A stretch of DNA of 64,000 bases. It comes from an uncultured Actinomycetes bacterium. GTDB lineage: Bacteria > Actinomycetota > Actinomycetes > Nanopelagicales > Nanopelagicaceae. Shown here piece after piece: positions 50,902 to 59,989 of this stretch. Position 1 is the stretch's first letter. Each line of letters opens with the position of its first letter. The translations under genes were made by a program, and so were the position numbers. The notes beneath the pieces were generated by a model, which saw only the letters and a program-made list of their open reading frames with translations, searched no databases and was not told the DNA's origin. The stretch covers positions 4,830 through 68,829 of the forward strand of contig CAZUOG010000001.1 in the NCBI GenBank assembly GCA_964622225.1, written 5' to 3'.

Positions 50902-52433
50902 AACTGACGCGTTGGTTGCGCCATTCCCTGGCAGCCCGAGTCGTTATTTCGACTTCATTACTTACATTTGCAGCCATTTGGATTGCAGGTTCTGCACTTT
51001 ATACAAACCTTTCAAATGGTATTAAAGGCGTTAAATATGAATCTTCGATTTCGGACACCAAAGCAACTGTTTACGCTTTGCAGTATCAGTTTCTATTAGC
51101 CGGTGGAAATATTAAGGCTATCCAAAAAGCGATTAATGACTTATCAACTAACGGTACAGTTTTCGGAACTACGACCAATACCGCGCCATATTTAGTTTTC
51201 ATACCTGCACCAAATACAAGTGTTAAAAAAGCAAATTTCACAACTGTTTCGGCATTTCTAACTGCTTCAATGATTCCAAAATCATTGCGCAAGGAAATTC
51301 AAAAAGACATCAAGCTCCACAGTTCCTATCAACGTATAACAAATACTTTCGGCCTCTCTTCAGAAGTACTTGTTGTGGGAAATCAGATTAATGTCCCAGG
51401 CGAAGGGCCATACGAACTTTATTTAATCTTCAATTTAGAAAATCAGCTCAAAACTTTAAATATTGTTTCAAATGCTTTGGTAGCTACAGGTTCTGCATTG
51501 GTATTACTTGTGGCTTTAGTTACATTACTAGTTGTGCGTCAAGTAGTTCGCCCCGTTCGCGAAGCAGCTAAAACAGCCGAGGCTTTAGCTTCTGGTGATT
51601 TGGGCAAGCGCATGGATGTACATGGTGATGATGAAATTGCGCGCCTTGGCAACGCATTTAATGAAATGGCTAATTCACTACAACTGCAAATTAATCGTTT
51701 GGAGAATTTGTCTTCTGTGCAACAGAGATTCGTTGGAGACGTAACGCACGAACTTCGTACTCCACTTACAACTTTGCGTATGGCAGCAGGAGTAATCCAT
51801 GGCTCAAAGAAGACTTTCGAACCAGCGCTTCAAAGAAGTGTAGAACTCATGATGGTGCAGCTAGATAGATTTGAACGCTTACTTGAGGATCTTCTGGAAA
51901 TTAGTCGTTTTGACGCGCAGGTAGCGGTGGTTGAACCTGTCGAATTCGATATCTGTCTGCTAACTACCAATGCAATTGATGATTTGCGCCTAGTTGCAAG
52001 CGAAGTTGGCGTTCACATTGAATTAGATCGACCAGCTGACTCAGTGTATGTAAAAGGCGATATTCGCAGAGTGGAGCGTATTTTGCGCAATTTACTAACT
52101 AATGCCATTGATCATGCCGAGAAAAAGCCAATCAAGGTGACCATTAAACATGACGAACATGCAGTAGCAATTTCGGTAAGAGATTTTGGTGTGGGCTTAG
52201 ATAAAGAAAGTTCATTGAGAGTTTTTGATCGATTCTGGCGAGCAGATCCATCACGTTCGCGCATTCGCGGTGGATCTGGACTTGGATTATCAATGGCTCT
52301 TGAAGATGCACGTTTGCATAATGGCGAACTTGAAGTTTATGGCGAGCCAGGCAAAGGCGCTAACTTTATATTAACTTTGCCAAAACATGCAGGTGGCGAA
52401 ATTCCACAACGCATCATTTCTCTTAAGTTCTAA
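50898..52433 (+). CDS. mtrB: sensor histidine kinase MtrB
   Basis: Two TM segments flanking an extracytoplasmic loop, HAMP, H-box HELRTPLT, G-boxes. Confidence 0.85.
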   Translation: MKLTRWLRHSLAARVVISTSLLTFAAIWIAGSALYTNLSNGIKGVKYESSISDTKATVYALQYQFLLAGGNIKAIQKAINDLSTNGTVFGTTTNTAPYLVFIPAPNTSVKKANFTTVSAFLTASMIPKSLRKEIQKDIKLHSSYQRITNTFGLSSEVLVVGNQINVPGEGPYELYLIFNLENQLKTLNIVSNALVATGSALVLLVALVTLLVVRQVVRPVREAAKTAEALASGDLGKRMDVHGDDEIARLGNAFNEMANSLQLQINRLENLSSVQQRFVGDVTHELRTPLTTLRMAAGVIHGSKKTFEPALQRSVELMMVQLDRFERLLEDLLEISRFDAQVAVVEPVEFDICLLTTNAIDDLRLVASEVGVHIELDRPADSVYVKGDIRRVERILRNLLTNAIDHAEKKPIKVTIKHDEHAVAISVRDFGVGLDKESSLRVFDRFWRADPSRSRIRGGSGLGLSMALEDARLHNGELEVYGEPGKGANFILTLPKHAGGEIPQRIISLKF

Positions 52434-52459
52434 TTAGCTTTAAGCGCCAGAATTAGTGG

Positions 52460-53101
52460 ATGCTGAATCCACTTAAGGAATTGCTTTTTCCGACACATTG
52501 CTTTGGTTGCAACGCACTTGGTTTAGAGATTTGTTCTAATTGCAGAAGATACTGGAGCCCTCATTTTTATATTCGAAACATTGAAGGTCTCACGGTTTAT
52601 TCATCCATTAGATATTCCGCAGTTGCTAGATCGATTCTATTAGGAGCTAAAGAGAATTCACTGAAAATAGCAGATGAGTTAATCATCAACGCCATAGTTG
52701 ATTGTATTCATCGACTACCCACAGCAATTTTACGTAATGCAATCCTGATGCCGATTCCTGGCTCAAAAAGAGCCATTCGCAAACGCGGTCGAGATTTCAT
52801 TGAATCAATTACCGATGAAGTTTCGCTTCGAACTGGAATTCCAACCAATACGGGAATGTTTGTTAAGAGAAGATTGTTAGATCAAAGTGGATTAAACGCG
52901 ATTGATCGTAAAAGAAATATTTTCGACTCTTTCGATTTTAATGGAGATTTAAGTAATAAAACCAATGTCGATATTCTCTTAATTGATGATTTGGTCACAA
53001 CTGGAGCGACACTTTTAGAGGCAAAAAGGGCCTTAAATGCTCAAGGTTTGGCAGTAAATCGGGCGATTACCGCCTGCATGGCGCAGACCCTTAACATATG
53101 A
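52460..53101 (+). CDS. ComF family phosphoribosyltransferase-like protein
   Basis: N-terminal CxxC...CxxC. PRTase loop [13 protein letters not shown]. Confidence 0.75.
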   Translation: MLNPLKELLFPTHCFGCNALGLEICSNCRRYWSPHFYIRNIEGLTVYSSIRYSAVARSILLGAKENSLKIADELIINAIVDCIHRLPTAILRNAILMPIPGSKRAIRKRGRDFIESITDEVSLRTGIPTNTGMFVKRRLLDQSGLNAIDRKRNIFDSFDFNGDLSNKTNVDILLIDDLVTTGATLLEAKRALNAQGLAVNRAITACMAQTLNI

Positions 53102-53123
53102 CACTGAACAGGAAAGGGAGCGA

Positions 53124-55784
53124 ATGTCTATTCTGGATCGCATTCTCCGTGCTGGCGAAGGTCGAATTCTCAAGGAGCTCGCAAGCATTGCCGAAGAGGT
53201 TAACTCATTTGAGCCAAAGATCTCGGCTCTTAGCGACTCTGAATTAGCTGCTAAGACTCCTGAATTTAAAAATCGTTTAGCCAATGGCGAAGATTTAGAT
53301 GATCTACTTCCTGAAGCATTTGCAGTAATTCGTGAAGCGGCTAAGCGCACCTTAGGGCAGCGTCACTATGACGTTCAGCTAATGGGCGGTGCAGCGCTTC
53401 ACAAAGGAAACATCGCAGAAATGCGTACCGGTGAAGGTAAGACCCTGGTCTCAACACTTCCGGCATATCTAAATGCATTGACCGGCAAAGGTGTTCACGT
53501 TGTAACTGTTAACGATTATCTTGCAGAGCGTGACTCTGAATGGATGGGGCGCGTACACCGTTTCCTTGGTTTAAAAGTTGGCGTGATTCTTGCTTCGATG
53601 ACTCCTGCAGAACGTCGTGAGGCTTACAACGCAGATATTACTTACGGAACAAATAATGAGTTTGGTTTTGATTATCTTCGCGACAACATGGCGTGGTCAC
53701 TAGAAGAATGCGTACAGCGTGGTCATAACTTCGCAATTGTTGACGAAACAGACTCGATTCTTATTGATGAAGCTCGTACTCCTTTAATTATTTCGGGTCC
53801 GGCAGATAAGCCAACCAAGTGGTATGTAGAGTTTGCGAATCTTGTTCAGAAATTAGAACGCGATGTTCATTATGAAGTTGATGAAAAGAAGCGCACTTCA
53901 GGAATTCTTGAAGCTGGCATTACAAAAGTCGAAGAGTTATTGCAGATCGGAAACCTTTATGAATCTGCAAATACACCACTTATTAGTTATTTAAATAACG
54001 CAATCCGTGCCAAAGAATTATTTAAGCGTGACAAAGATTATGTTGTTATGAATGGCGAATTACTTATCGTTGATGAGCACACTGGTCGAATTTTGGCTGG
54101 GCGTCGATATTCAGAAGGTATGCACCAAGCCCTAGAAGCTAAAGAACGTATTGAAATTCAAATTGAAAATCAGACTTTGGCGACAATTACACTGCAGAAT
54201 TACTTCCGCTTATACAAAAAAATCTCAGGTATGACCGGTACCGCGATGACCGAAGCTGCAGAATTCCATCAGATTTATAAGCTAGGCGTTGTTCCAATTC
54301 CTACAAACCGTCCAATGCAACGCAAAGATCAACCTGATTTGGTTTACAAAACCGAAGCTGGAAAATTTGAAGCAGTAGCGAAAGATATTACAGAGCGCTA
54401 CCGCAAGGGACAACCAGTTCTTGTAGGTACAGTCTCTGTTGAAAAATCTGAAGAACTTTCGGCAACTTTAAAGAAGTTTGGAGTTCCTCACGAAGTTCTT
54501 AACGCAAAGCAACATCAACGCGAAGCAGCGATCATCGCCCGCGCTGGTGTTAAAGGCGCCGTAACTGTTGCAACCAATATGGCTGGTCGCGGTACAGACA
54601 TCATGCTTGGTGGTAACCCAGAATTTATGGCGGACTTCGAAATTCAAAAGCGTGGTATTTCTCCAGTGGATAATCCTGCTGAATACGAAGAAGCGTGGCC
54701 AACTGAAATTGCAAAACAGAAAGCAGCAGTTGCTGCGGGGCATGAAGAAGTTATCGCTCTTGGCGGTCTGTATGTTTTAGGCACTGAACGTCACGAATCT
54801 CGTCGTATCGACAACCAGTTACGCGGACGTTCCGGTCGCCAAGGCGATCCAGGTGAATCTCGTTTTTATCTATCGCTTCAAGATGATTTGATGCGTCGAT
54901 TCAATTCTGCAATGGTGGAGCGATTCTTAACTGCAGCTGGAATTCCAGATGACCAACCAATTGAATCTAAAATGGTTTCAAATTCTATTAAGTCGGCACA
55001 GACCCAAGTTGAAGCTCAGAACTTTGAAATCCGTAAAAATGTTCTTAAGTACGACGATGTAATGAATCGCCAACGTGAAGTTATTTATGGCGAGCGTCGC
55101 TCAGTGCTTGAAGGAAAAGATATTTCAGAGCAAGTTCAGCGATTCCTTTCCGAAACCATCACTGCATACGTAACTGCAGCTACTTCAGACGGATACGCAG
55201 AAGATTGGGATTTAGATACTCTCTGGGCAGCGCTAGGTGCGATCTATCCAATCTCATTTACTTTGGCTGATTTAGAGAAGGAAGTAGGCGGTCGTAAAGG
55301 ACTTGATACTGAATTCTTAGCTTCAAGAATTGTTGAAGATGCGATTGCAGCCTACAAGAAGCGCGAAGAAACATTAACTCCACAAGTCATGCGTGAACTT
55401 GAGCGAAAAGTGCTGCTATCTGTTTTAGATCGCAAATGGCGCGAACATCTTTACGAAATGGATTACCTACAAGAGGGAATTGGCTTACGCGCTATGGCGC
55501 AACGTGATCCACTTGTGGAGTATCAGCGTGAAGGATTTGATCTTTTTGCTGCAATGATGGAAGGAATTCAGGAAGAAATTGCTGGATTTATTTTCAATGT
55601 TGAAGTAACAGTCGAAACAGAACATGTTCATGGTGGCGGATTGGATGCACCAAAGCCGCAACAACTTTCATATTCTTCTGCAGACGAATCGGGAGTTGTA
55701 AAGAGTGGGGAAGTTTCTCGTAACTCTTTATGTCCATGCGGTTCGGGCAAGAAATATAAGCGTTGCCACGGCGGAGCGAATTAA
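53124..55784 (+). CDS. secA: preprotein translocase ATPase SecA
   Basis: [28 protein letters not shown]-terminal zinc finger [14 protein letters not shown]. Confidence 0.95.
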   Translation: MSILDRILRAGEGRILKELASIAEEVNSFEPKISALSDSELAAKTPEFKNRLANGEDLDDLLPEAFAVIREAAKRTLGQRHYDVQLMGGAALHKGNIAEMRTGEGKTLVSTLPAYLNALTGKGVHVVTVNDYLAERDSEWMGRVHRFLGLKVGVILASMTPAERREAYNADITYGTNNEFGFDYLRDNMAWSLEECVQRGHNFAIVDETDSILIDEARTPLIISGPADKPTKWYVEFANLVQKLERDVHYEVDEKKRTSGILEAGITKVEELLQIGNLYESANTPLISYLNNAIRAKELFKRDKDYVVMNGELLIVDEHTGRILAGRRYSEGMHQALEAKERIEIQIENQTLATITLQNYFRLYKKISGMTGTAMTEAAEFHQIYKLGVVPIPTNRPMQRKDQPDLVYKTEAGKFEAVAKDITERYRKGQPVLVGTVSVEKSEELSATLKKFGVPHEVLNAKQHQREAAIIARAGVKGAVTVATNMAGRGTDIMLGGNPEFMADFEIQKRGISPVDNPAEYEEAWPTEIAKQKAAVAAGHEEVIALGGLYVLGTERHESRRIDNQLRGRSGRQGDPGESRFYLSLQDDLMRRFNSAMVERFLTAAGIPDDQPIESKMVSNSIKSAQTQVEAQNFEIRKNVLKYDDVMNRQREVIYGERRSVLEGKDISEQVQRFLSETITAYVTAATSDGYAEDWDLDTLWAALGAIYPISFTLADLEKEVGGRKGLDTEFLASRIVEDAIAAYKKREETLTPQVMRELERKVLLSVLDRKWREHLYEMDYLQEGIGLRAMAQRDPLVEYQREGFDLFAAMMEGIQEEIAGFIFNVEVTVETEHVHGGGLDAPKPQQLSYSSADESGVVKSGEVSRNSLCPCGSGKKYKRCHGGAN

Positions 55785-55963
55785 ATTAAATCCAAACTGG
55801 TGCAGATCCATTTGTGATCTAAGCCTTCAAAACGCAATGCCATAGATCTTAAACGATCATTAAAACGAACTGTAACGGTACTTTCGCAAAGTCCATCCAA
55901 TGGTTCATTAATGTGAATTCTTCTAAATTTACCAACTTCTTTTTGATATCCAATAGAAGTCAA
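55781..55963 (-). CDS. Rv3235-like (DUF6459-like) ORF; only the part downstream of the sole canonical start (TTG). The open frame continues to 56170.
   Basis: The frame is open from 56170. The upstream part (..FAKSVLEIWAGKRSASQLSRYCHSAVYQDL..) looks like the conserved core of the family but has no ATG/GTG/TTG. See findings. Confidence 0.45.
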   Translation of the reverse strand: MTSIGYQKEVGKFRRIHINEPLDGLCESTVTVRFNDRLRSMALRFEGLDHKWICTSLDLI

Positions 55964-56258
55964 TAAATCTTGATAGACAGCGCTATGGCAATATCTGCTT
56001 AATTGTGAAGCGGAGCGCTTACCGGCCCATATTTCTAATACGCTCTTGGCAAAACTTTCTACGAATGTGTTGAGTTCAGGCAGTTCACTTGCCGAAGTAG
56101 GTTCAGGTTCAAAACCTGGAACGAAGTCTTCCTTGTATAGAGATGAGATTTTGTATAAATATGGTTTTGGTTAGGTGATAGTTTCCATGCGCCAAATCTC
56201 TAAAATTCAGAGCTTAAAGCCATCATTTTGTTTAATTAACTTACCTAGTCCTTAAGTC

Positions 56259-56278
56259 TGATTGTGGAAAAACAATCA
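56259..56278. promoter_or_regulatory. inverted repeat TGATTGT-N6-ACAATCA upstream of the SAF-domain gene
   Basis: Read directly. Ends 33 nt upstream of the ATG at 56311. Confidence 0.45.
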
Positions 56279-56310
56279 ATTCTTATGAGCTCGATTCTTA
56301 CTCTGCGAGC

Positions 56311-56901
56311 ATGAAAAATCGCATAGAAATTAAGAACGCAATCGCAATTACCGTAATTATCGCCTCTTTCTTTGTGGCAGTTGGGCTGGCACTTCTAGCA
56401 AATAACCGTGGCACTTATTGGATCGCAACTAAAGACTTAACTCCCGGACATATGGTCGATAGCACCGACTTCGTGCAGGCAAAAGCTGCTTTTGCTAGAG
56501 AAGCCAATGGTTATATTCAAGGTTCTCAAAATCCGGTTGGTTATTCAATATCAAAATACGTGTCGGCGGGAGAGTATTTGAATCAAAACTCATTAGTAGA
56601 AAGCAGCGGTGAAAGTAATGTAAAACTACTTTCATTTGCAGCTGCTGCCGCTGACTTACCATCGGGAATTCGAATCGGTGACGCAGTCAATCTTTATCAA
56701 GTAGTAAACGATGCTGGTGACGGAAAAGATATCCCCAGTGAACTAGTAATTGGAAATGTCTTTGTAGTTGATCTAAATCGCAAGAGTGAAAACTTAGGTG
56801 GCTCATCAATAGTCACTGTCGCAATCCCAAATGATTTTGTTGAAAGAGCTCTCAATGCAACAAGACGTGGTCGTATGGTTGTAGTGATTAATCATGGCTA
56901 A
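56311..56901 (+). CDS. membrane-anchored SAF-domain protein (CpaB/RcpC-like)
   Basis: N-terminal TM (AIAITVIIASFFVAVGLALLA), SAF-like segment ATKDLTPGHMVDSTDF, C-terminal VTVAIPNDFVERAL resembling the CpaB C-terminus. Confidence 0.65.
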   Translation: MKNRIEIKNAIAITVIIASFFVAVGLALLANNRGTYWIATKDLTPGHMVDSTDFVQAKAAFAREANGYIQGSQNPVGYSISKYVSAGEYLNQNSLVESSGESNVKLLSFAAAAADLPSGIRIGDAVNLYQVVNDAGDGKDIPSELVIGNVFVVDLNRKSENLGGSSIVTVAIPNDFVERALNATRRGRMVVVINHG

Positions 56902-57730
56902 ATTTGTAACCTATATTGCAGATCCTGAGCTTGAATCCAGTGTAATCAAAGCCATTGCAGCCATTAAAGGCGAATTAGCAGTGCGTGGGGTTTCAATTGA
57001 TCAAGTTCGTGAAGCCGAAAAAACCCCAGATATGACGTTAGTTTGCACCAGGCAAATTGATTTCGCTTTTCGAAGAGTTATCGTTGATAAGTCGATGTCT
57101 ACCAGTGAAATTTCAGAGATTCTTTTGCCAAGTAGTAAACAGCCACAATTCAATTTTAATGCAGATGGCGCCAAAGTGATTTGCTTCGTAGGTTTGTCTG
57201 GAGGGGTAGGAACAACTACTTTGGCAATTAATTACGCTTTCGAAAAATCACAAATTTCAACAGTAATGCTCTCAGATTTAGATGGAAAGAATCCTGATAT
57301 TGCTAGAGCGTTAGGTTTACATAGAATAGAAGGAAGAAATGAAAAAATTTCTAAATCTTTATTTGCATCTCAAGGCATACCAGCGCCTATGCAATGCGAT
57401 AAATATGTATTTGATTTAGGTAGCAATATTCACCATCCAATGTTGGAAATTGCCGATGAGATTTATCTAGTATCAAGAGTTGGTTTTAATACATTGGCAA
57501 GATTGCAGGAACTTGATTTAACACCGGCTGCTTTAGTAATTAATTTTGCCGATAGAACAAAGGCGCAAATTAAGTGGTTAAACCAAATCGAAGAGGCTTT
57601 TCCTAGACTCAATATTTTAAGAGTTCCATTTGATATTAAGGCCTTCGAGTCAGCTGCAGAGAGCAAGAGCGCTTTAATCGAGATTGCAGCGAATTCGCTA
57701 GCCAGAAAATCCATCGCTACTCTTGGCTAA
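56894..57730 (+). CDS. CpaE/MinD/ParA-like protein with degenerate Walker A
   Basis: VICFVGLSGGVGTTTLA (P-loop at 57191-57220) against the canonical KGGxGK[ST]. N-terminal receiver-like region. 8-nt overlap with the SAF gene. Confidence 0.65.
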   Translation: MAKFVTYIADPELESSVIKAIAAIKGELAVRGVSIDQVREAEKTPDMTLVCTRQIDFAFRRVIVDKSMSTSEISEILLPSSKQPQFNFNADGAKVICFVGLSGGVGTTTLAINYAFEKSQISTVMLSDLDGKNPDIARALGLHRIEGRNEKISKSLFASQGIPAPMQCDKYVFDLGSNIHHPMLEIADEIYLVSRVGFNTLARLQELDLTPAALVINFADRTKAQIKWLNQIEEAFPRLNILRVPFDIKAFESAAESKSALIEIAANSLARKSIATLG

Positions 57731-58077
57731 TGCGCGTTTATGTAGCCACCACCCCAGAGGCTCTCAAAGAGCTTTTGGCTGGAAGCGCCACATTTGATGA
57801 ATACCTAACTCCAGAGCAGTTTGAATTTGATACCGGAGTAGATGTTGAAGAGCGCGAACATTTAGTCAGCTTGCTTGCCGCGGATGATTCTTTGGAATTA
57901 AATCAAGGCAAAGTTGGACTGGTTATTGCTGCAGACCTAGATGAAGAGCAATTAAATGGTGAGTCATTCACTCTCACTTTCAAACAAGTTGCCGCACTTT
58001 TACATTCGCTTGATGGAGAAGAGCTTTCTTGGTTTGCACCTGAGGAAATTGCACATCAATTAGGCGGAATTATCTAA
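57730..58077 (+). CDS. highly acidic hypothetical protein (115 aa)
   Basis: About 24 Asp/Glu versus 5 Lys/Arg by my count. TAATG overlaps at both ends. Confidence 0.6.
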   Translation: MRVYVATTPEALKELLAGSATFDEYLTPEQFEFDTGVDVEEREHLVSLLAADDSLELNQGKVGLVIAADLDEEQLNGESFTLTFKQVAALLHSLDGEELSWFAPEEIAHQLGGII

Positions 58078-59459
58078 TGGCACAAATTGAGGAACTCCTT
58101 GAGGGCAATTCTCAATTGAATGCAGATGAGATCTCACACCTCAAGAAAATAGCTTCTGACTGGCAACTGATTGCAGATTTAAGTTTTGCAGATCTAGCAA
58201 TTTGGGTTGAGACCGAAGATAAGAGAAATATTGCAGTAGCTCAAGTTCGAGCAGCAACTGCGGCGACAGTTTTCCCTAAAGATTTTGTTGGTGATGTTGT
58301 TGATCAATTATTTCATGGAGCCGGAGTAGATTATTTTCCGATCAGGTTTCACAACAAAGTAATTGCACAAATTGCCCGCCATCACAATTCTGATGCCACA
58401 AGAGTGTCTGGGCGTCTTGAGGGCGAGTATCAGGAAATTGCCCAGCGAATTCTAGAAATGGTCGGTGAGGGAACATTCCCATTTGAAACCATTATTAGTT
58501 CCTTAAATCCTTCCCCTCGTGTTGGTGATGGGTTTATTAGATTAGATAAGAGCAGCGTTATTAAATATGCCAGCCCAAATGGTCGTTCTGCATTTAGCAG
58601 ACTTGGCTGGGAGAGTGAACTTGAAAACGTTCGACTTTCAGAAGTCGCTGCAGCCATTACACATCAATCAGTCACTCAACTCGACGAGACAATTAATATT
58701 CCACAGGTTTCTCAAATTGAATTGGAATCTCGTGGCGGAAGTATTGAATTAACAATTTTACCTTTGCTGCAAAGTGGTGTCAGATTAGGAAGCGTGGTTC
58801 TGCTTCATAACGTGACCGAGATTCGCCGCCGCGAACGTGAATTAATGCTTAAAGACGCTACAATTAAAGAGATTCATCACCGCGTGAAAAATAATTTACA
58901 GACAGTTTCAGCGCTATTAAGACTCCAATCAAGAAGAGTGGAGGATAAGAAAGCACAAGGAGCTCTAGATGAAGCAGTGCGCCGTATTTCTTCGATTGCT
59001 TTAGTGCATGAGACTTTATCTACTAGTGGCAAAGATGAGGTTGATTTCGACTCTGTTGTGGATTCATTAATTAGTCACGCCGTTGATTTAGCACCAAGAG
59101 TCCCGGGAAGTATTACCGATATTTCTGTCAAGCGATTAGGTTCATTAGGGGCGGTAGATCCAAAAGTAGCTACTCCGCTTTCATTGGTAATTACCGAGTT
59201 GGTGGCAAATGCAATTGAGCATGGATTAACTACAAAAGGCAGCAAAGTTGATGTAGTTTTCAGTCGCACAGGAAGTAGTTGCGTAGTGAAAATTGAAGAT
59301 GACGGCGTTGGATTGCCCGATGGGTTTACCCTAAAAGATTCATCTAATTTAGGTTTACAAATTGTGCGCACACTTACGGAGAGTGAATTAAAAGGTTCTT
59401 TAGAATTATCAGGAAACGAAAAAGGAACTACCGCGCAATTGCGCTTTGAAGTTCGTTAG
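58077..59459 (+). CDS. pdtaS: cytoplasmic sensor histidine kinase, PdtaS-like (GAF/PAS + HisKA_2-type H-box)
   Basis: H-box IHHRVKNNLQTVSALLRLQ, HATPase N/G boxes (ELVANAIEHG, DDGVGLP). No TM segments. Confidence 0.8.
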   Translation: MAQIEELLEGNSQLNADEISHLKKIASDWQLIADLSFADLAIWVETEDKRNIAVAQVRAATAATVFPKDFVGDVVDQLFHGAGVDYFPIRFHNKVIAQIARHHNSDATRVSGRLEGEYQEIAQRILEMVGEGTFPFETIISSLNPSPRVGDGFIRLDKSSVIKYASPNGRSAFSRLGWESELENVRLSEVAAAITHQSVTQLDETINIPQVSQIELESRGGSIELTILPLLQSGVRLGSVVLLHNVTEIRRRERELMLKDATIKEIHHRVKNNLQTVSALLRLQSRRVEDKKAQGALDEAVRRISSIALVHETLSTSGKDEVDFDSVVDSLISHAVDLAPRVPGSITDISVKRLGSLGAVDPKVATPLSLVITELVANAIEHGLTTKGSKVDVVFSRTGSSCVVKIEDDGVGLPDGFTLKDSSNLGLQIVRTLTESELKGSLELSGNEKGTTAQLRFEVR

Positions 59460-59731
59460 TTTTCTTCGTGGCGATTTAATTCAGCCATACGTGCACGATT
59501 ACGTGCAGCGCGGCGCTTCATAGCTCGACGTTCATCTTCTGAAAGTCCGCCCCAAACTCCTGCATCTTGTCCAGACTCAAGCGCCCATGCCAAGCATTGA
59601 TCCTTAACGGAGCAACGCATACAGACTTTTTTGGCTTCTTCAATCTGCGTAATCGCAGGGCCGGTGTTGCCTACCGGAAAGAAAAGCTCTGGATCCTCGT
59701 CACGGCATGCACTCTGATGGCGCCAATCCAT
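59456..59731 (-). CDS. whiB1: WhiB family transcription factor (WhiB1-type)
   Basis: MDWRHQSACRDEDPELFFP..., CMRC...C, GVWGG, basic tail. Confidence 0.9.
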   Translation of the reverse strand: MDWRHQSACRDEDPELFFPVGNTGPAITQIEEAKKVCMRCSVKDQCLAWALESGQDAGVWGGLSEDERRAMKRRAARNRARMAELNRHEEN

Positions 59732-59821
59732 GCTGAGAACCGTCCTTTATTGGTAGGGAATTAACTCAAGTTATGAGCTAACCAAAACAACAACGTCGTA
59801 TTCTCCAATAGTTATTAAATT

Positions 59822-59837
59822 GTTACAAGGGTGTAAC
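59822..59837. promoter_or_regulatory. palindrome GTTACA-N4-TGTAAC between tRNA-Arg and the whiB1-type gene
   Basis: Read directly. About 98 nt upstream of the whiB1-type ATG and 24 nt past the tRNA 3' end. Confidence 0.5.
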
Positions 59838-59860
59838 GCAGGATTGTGGGTGATTTAGAG

Positions 59861-59932
59861 CGCCCTCGGCAGGATTCGAACCTGCGCACCGGCCTCCGGA
59901 GGGCCGTGCTCTATCCCCTGAGCTACGAGGGC
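59861..59932 (-). tRNA. tRNA-Arg (anticodon CCG)
   Basis: Hand-folded cloverleaf. Acceptor GCCCTCG/CGAGGGC, D stem GCTC/GAGC, anticodon stem CGGCC/GGCCG with loop CTCCGGA, T arm GCAGG-TTCGAAT-CCTGC. No encoded CCA. Confidence 0.85.
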
Positions 59933-59989
59933 ATTGAAATGTTCAACGATTTCATAAACCATCGTAGTAGATGGAAGAATTAATTTGTT

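Noticed and set aside
53033-53350. 105-aa antisense ORF spanning the comF/secA junction, and many similar 60-110-aa antisense ORFs in the track
   Set aside because: They overlap strongly supported genes, lack recognisable motifs, and have the skewed Ser/Arg/Ala/Pro composition of shadow ORFs.
59732-59989. tRNA-Arg as an integration hotspot or genomic island border
   Set aside because: Both flanks are conserved housekeeping genes (whiB1-type, msrAB). No integrase, direct repeat of the tRNA 3' end, or compositional break is visible.
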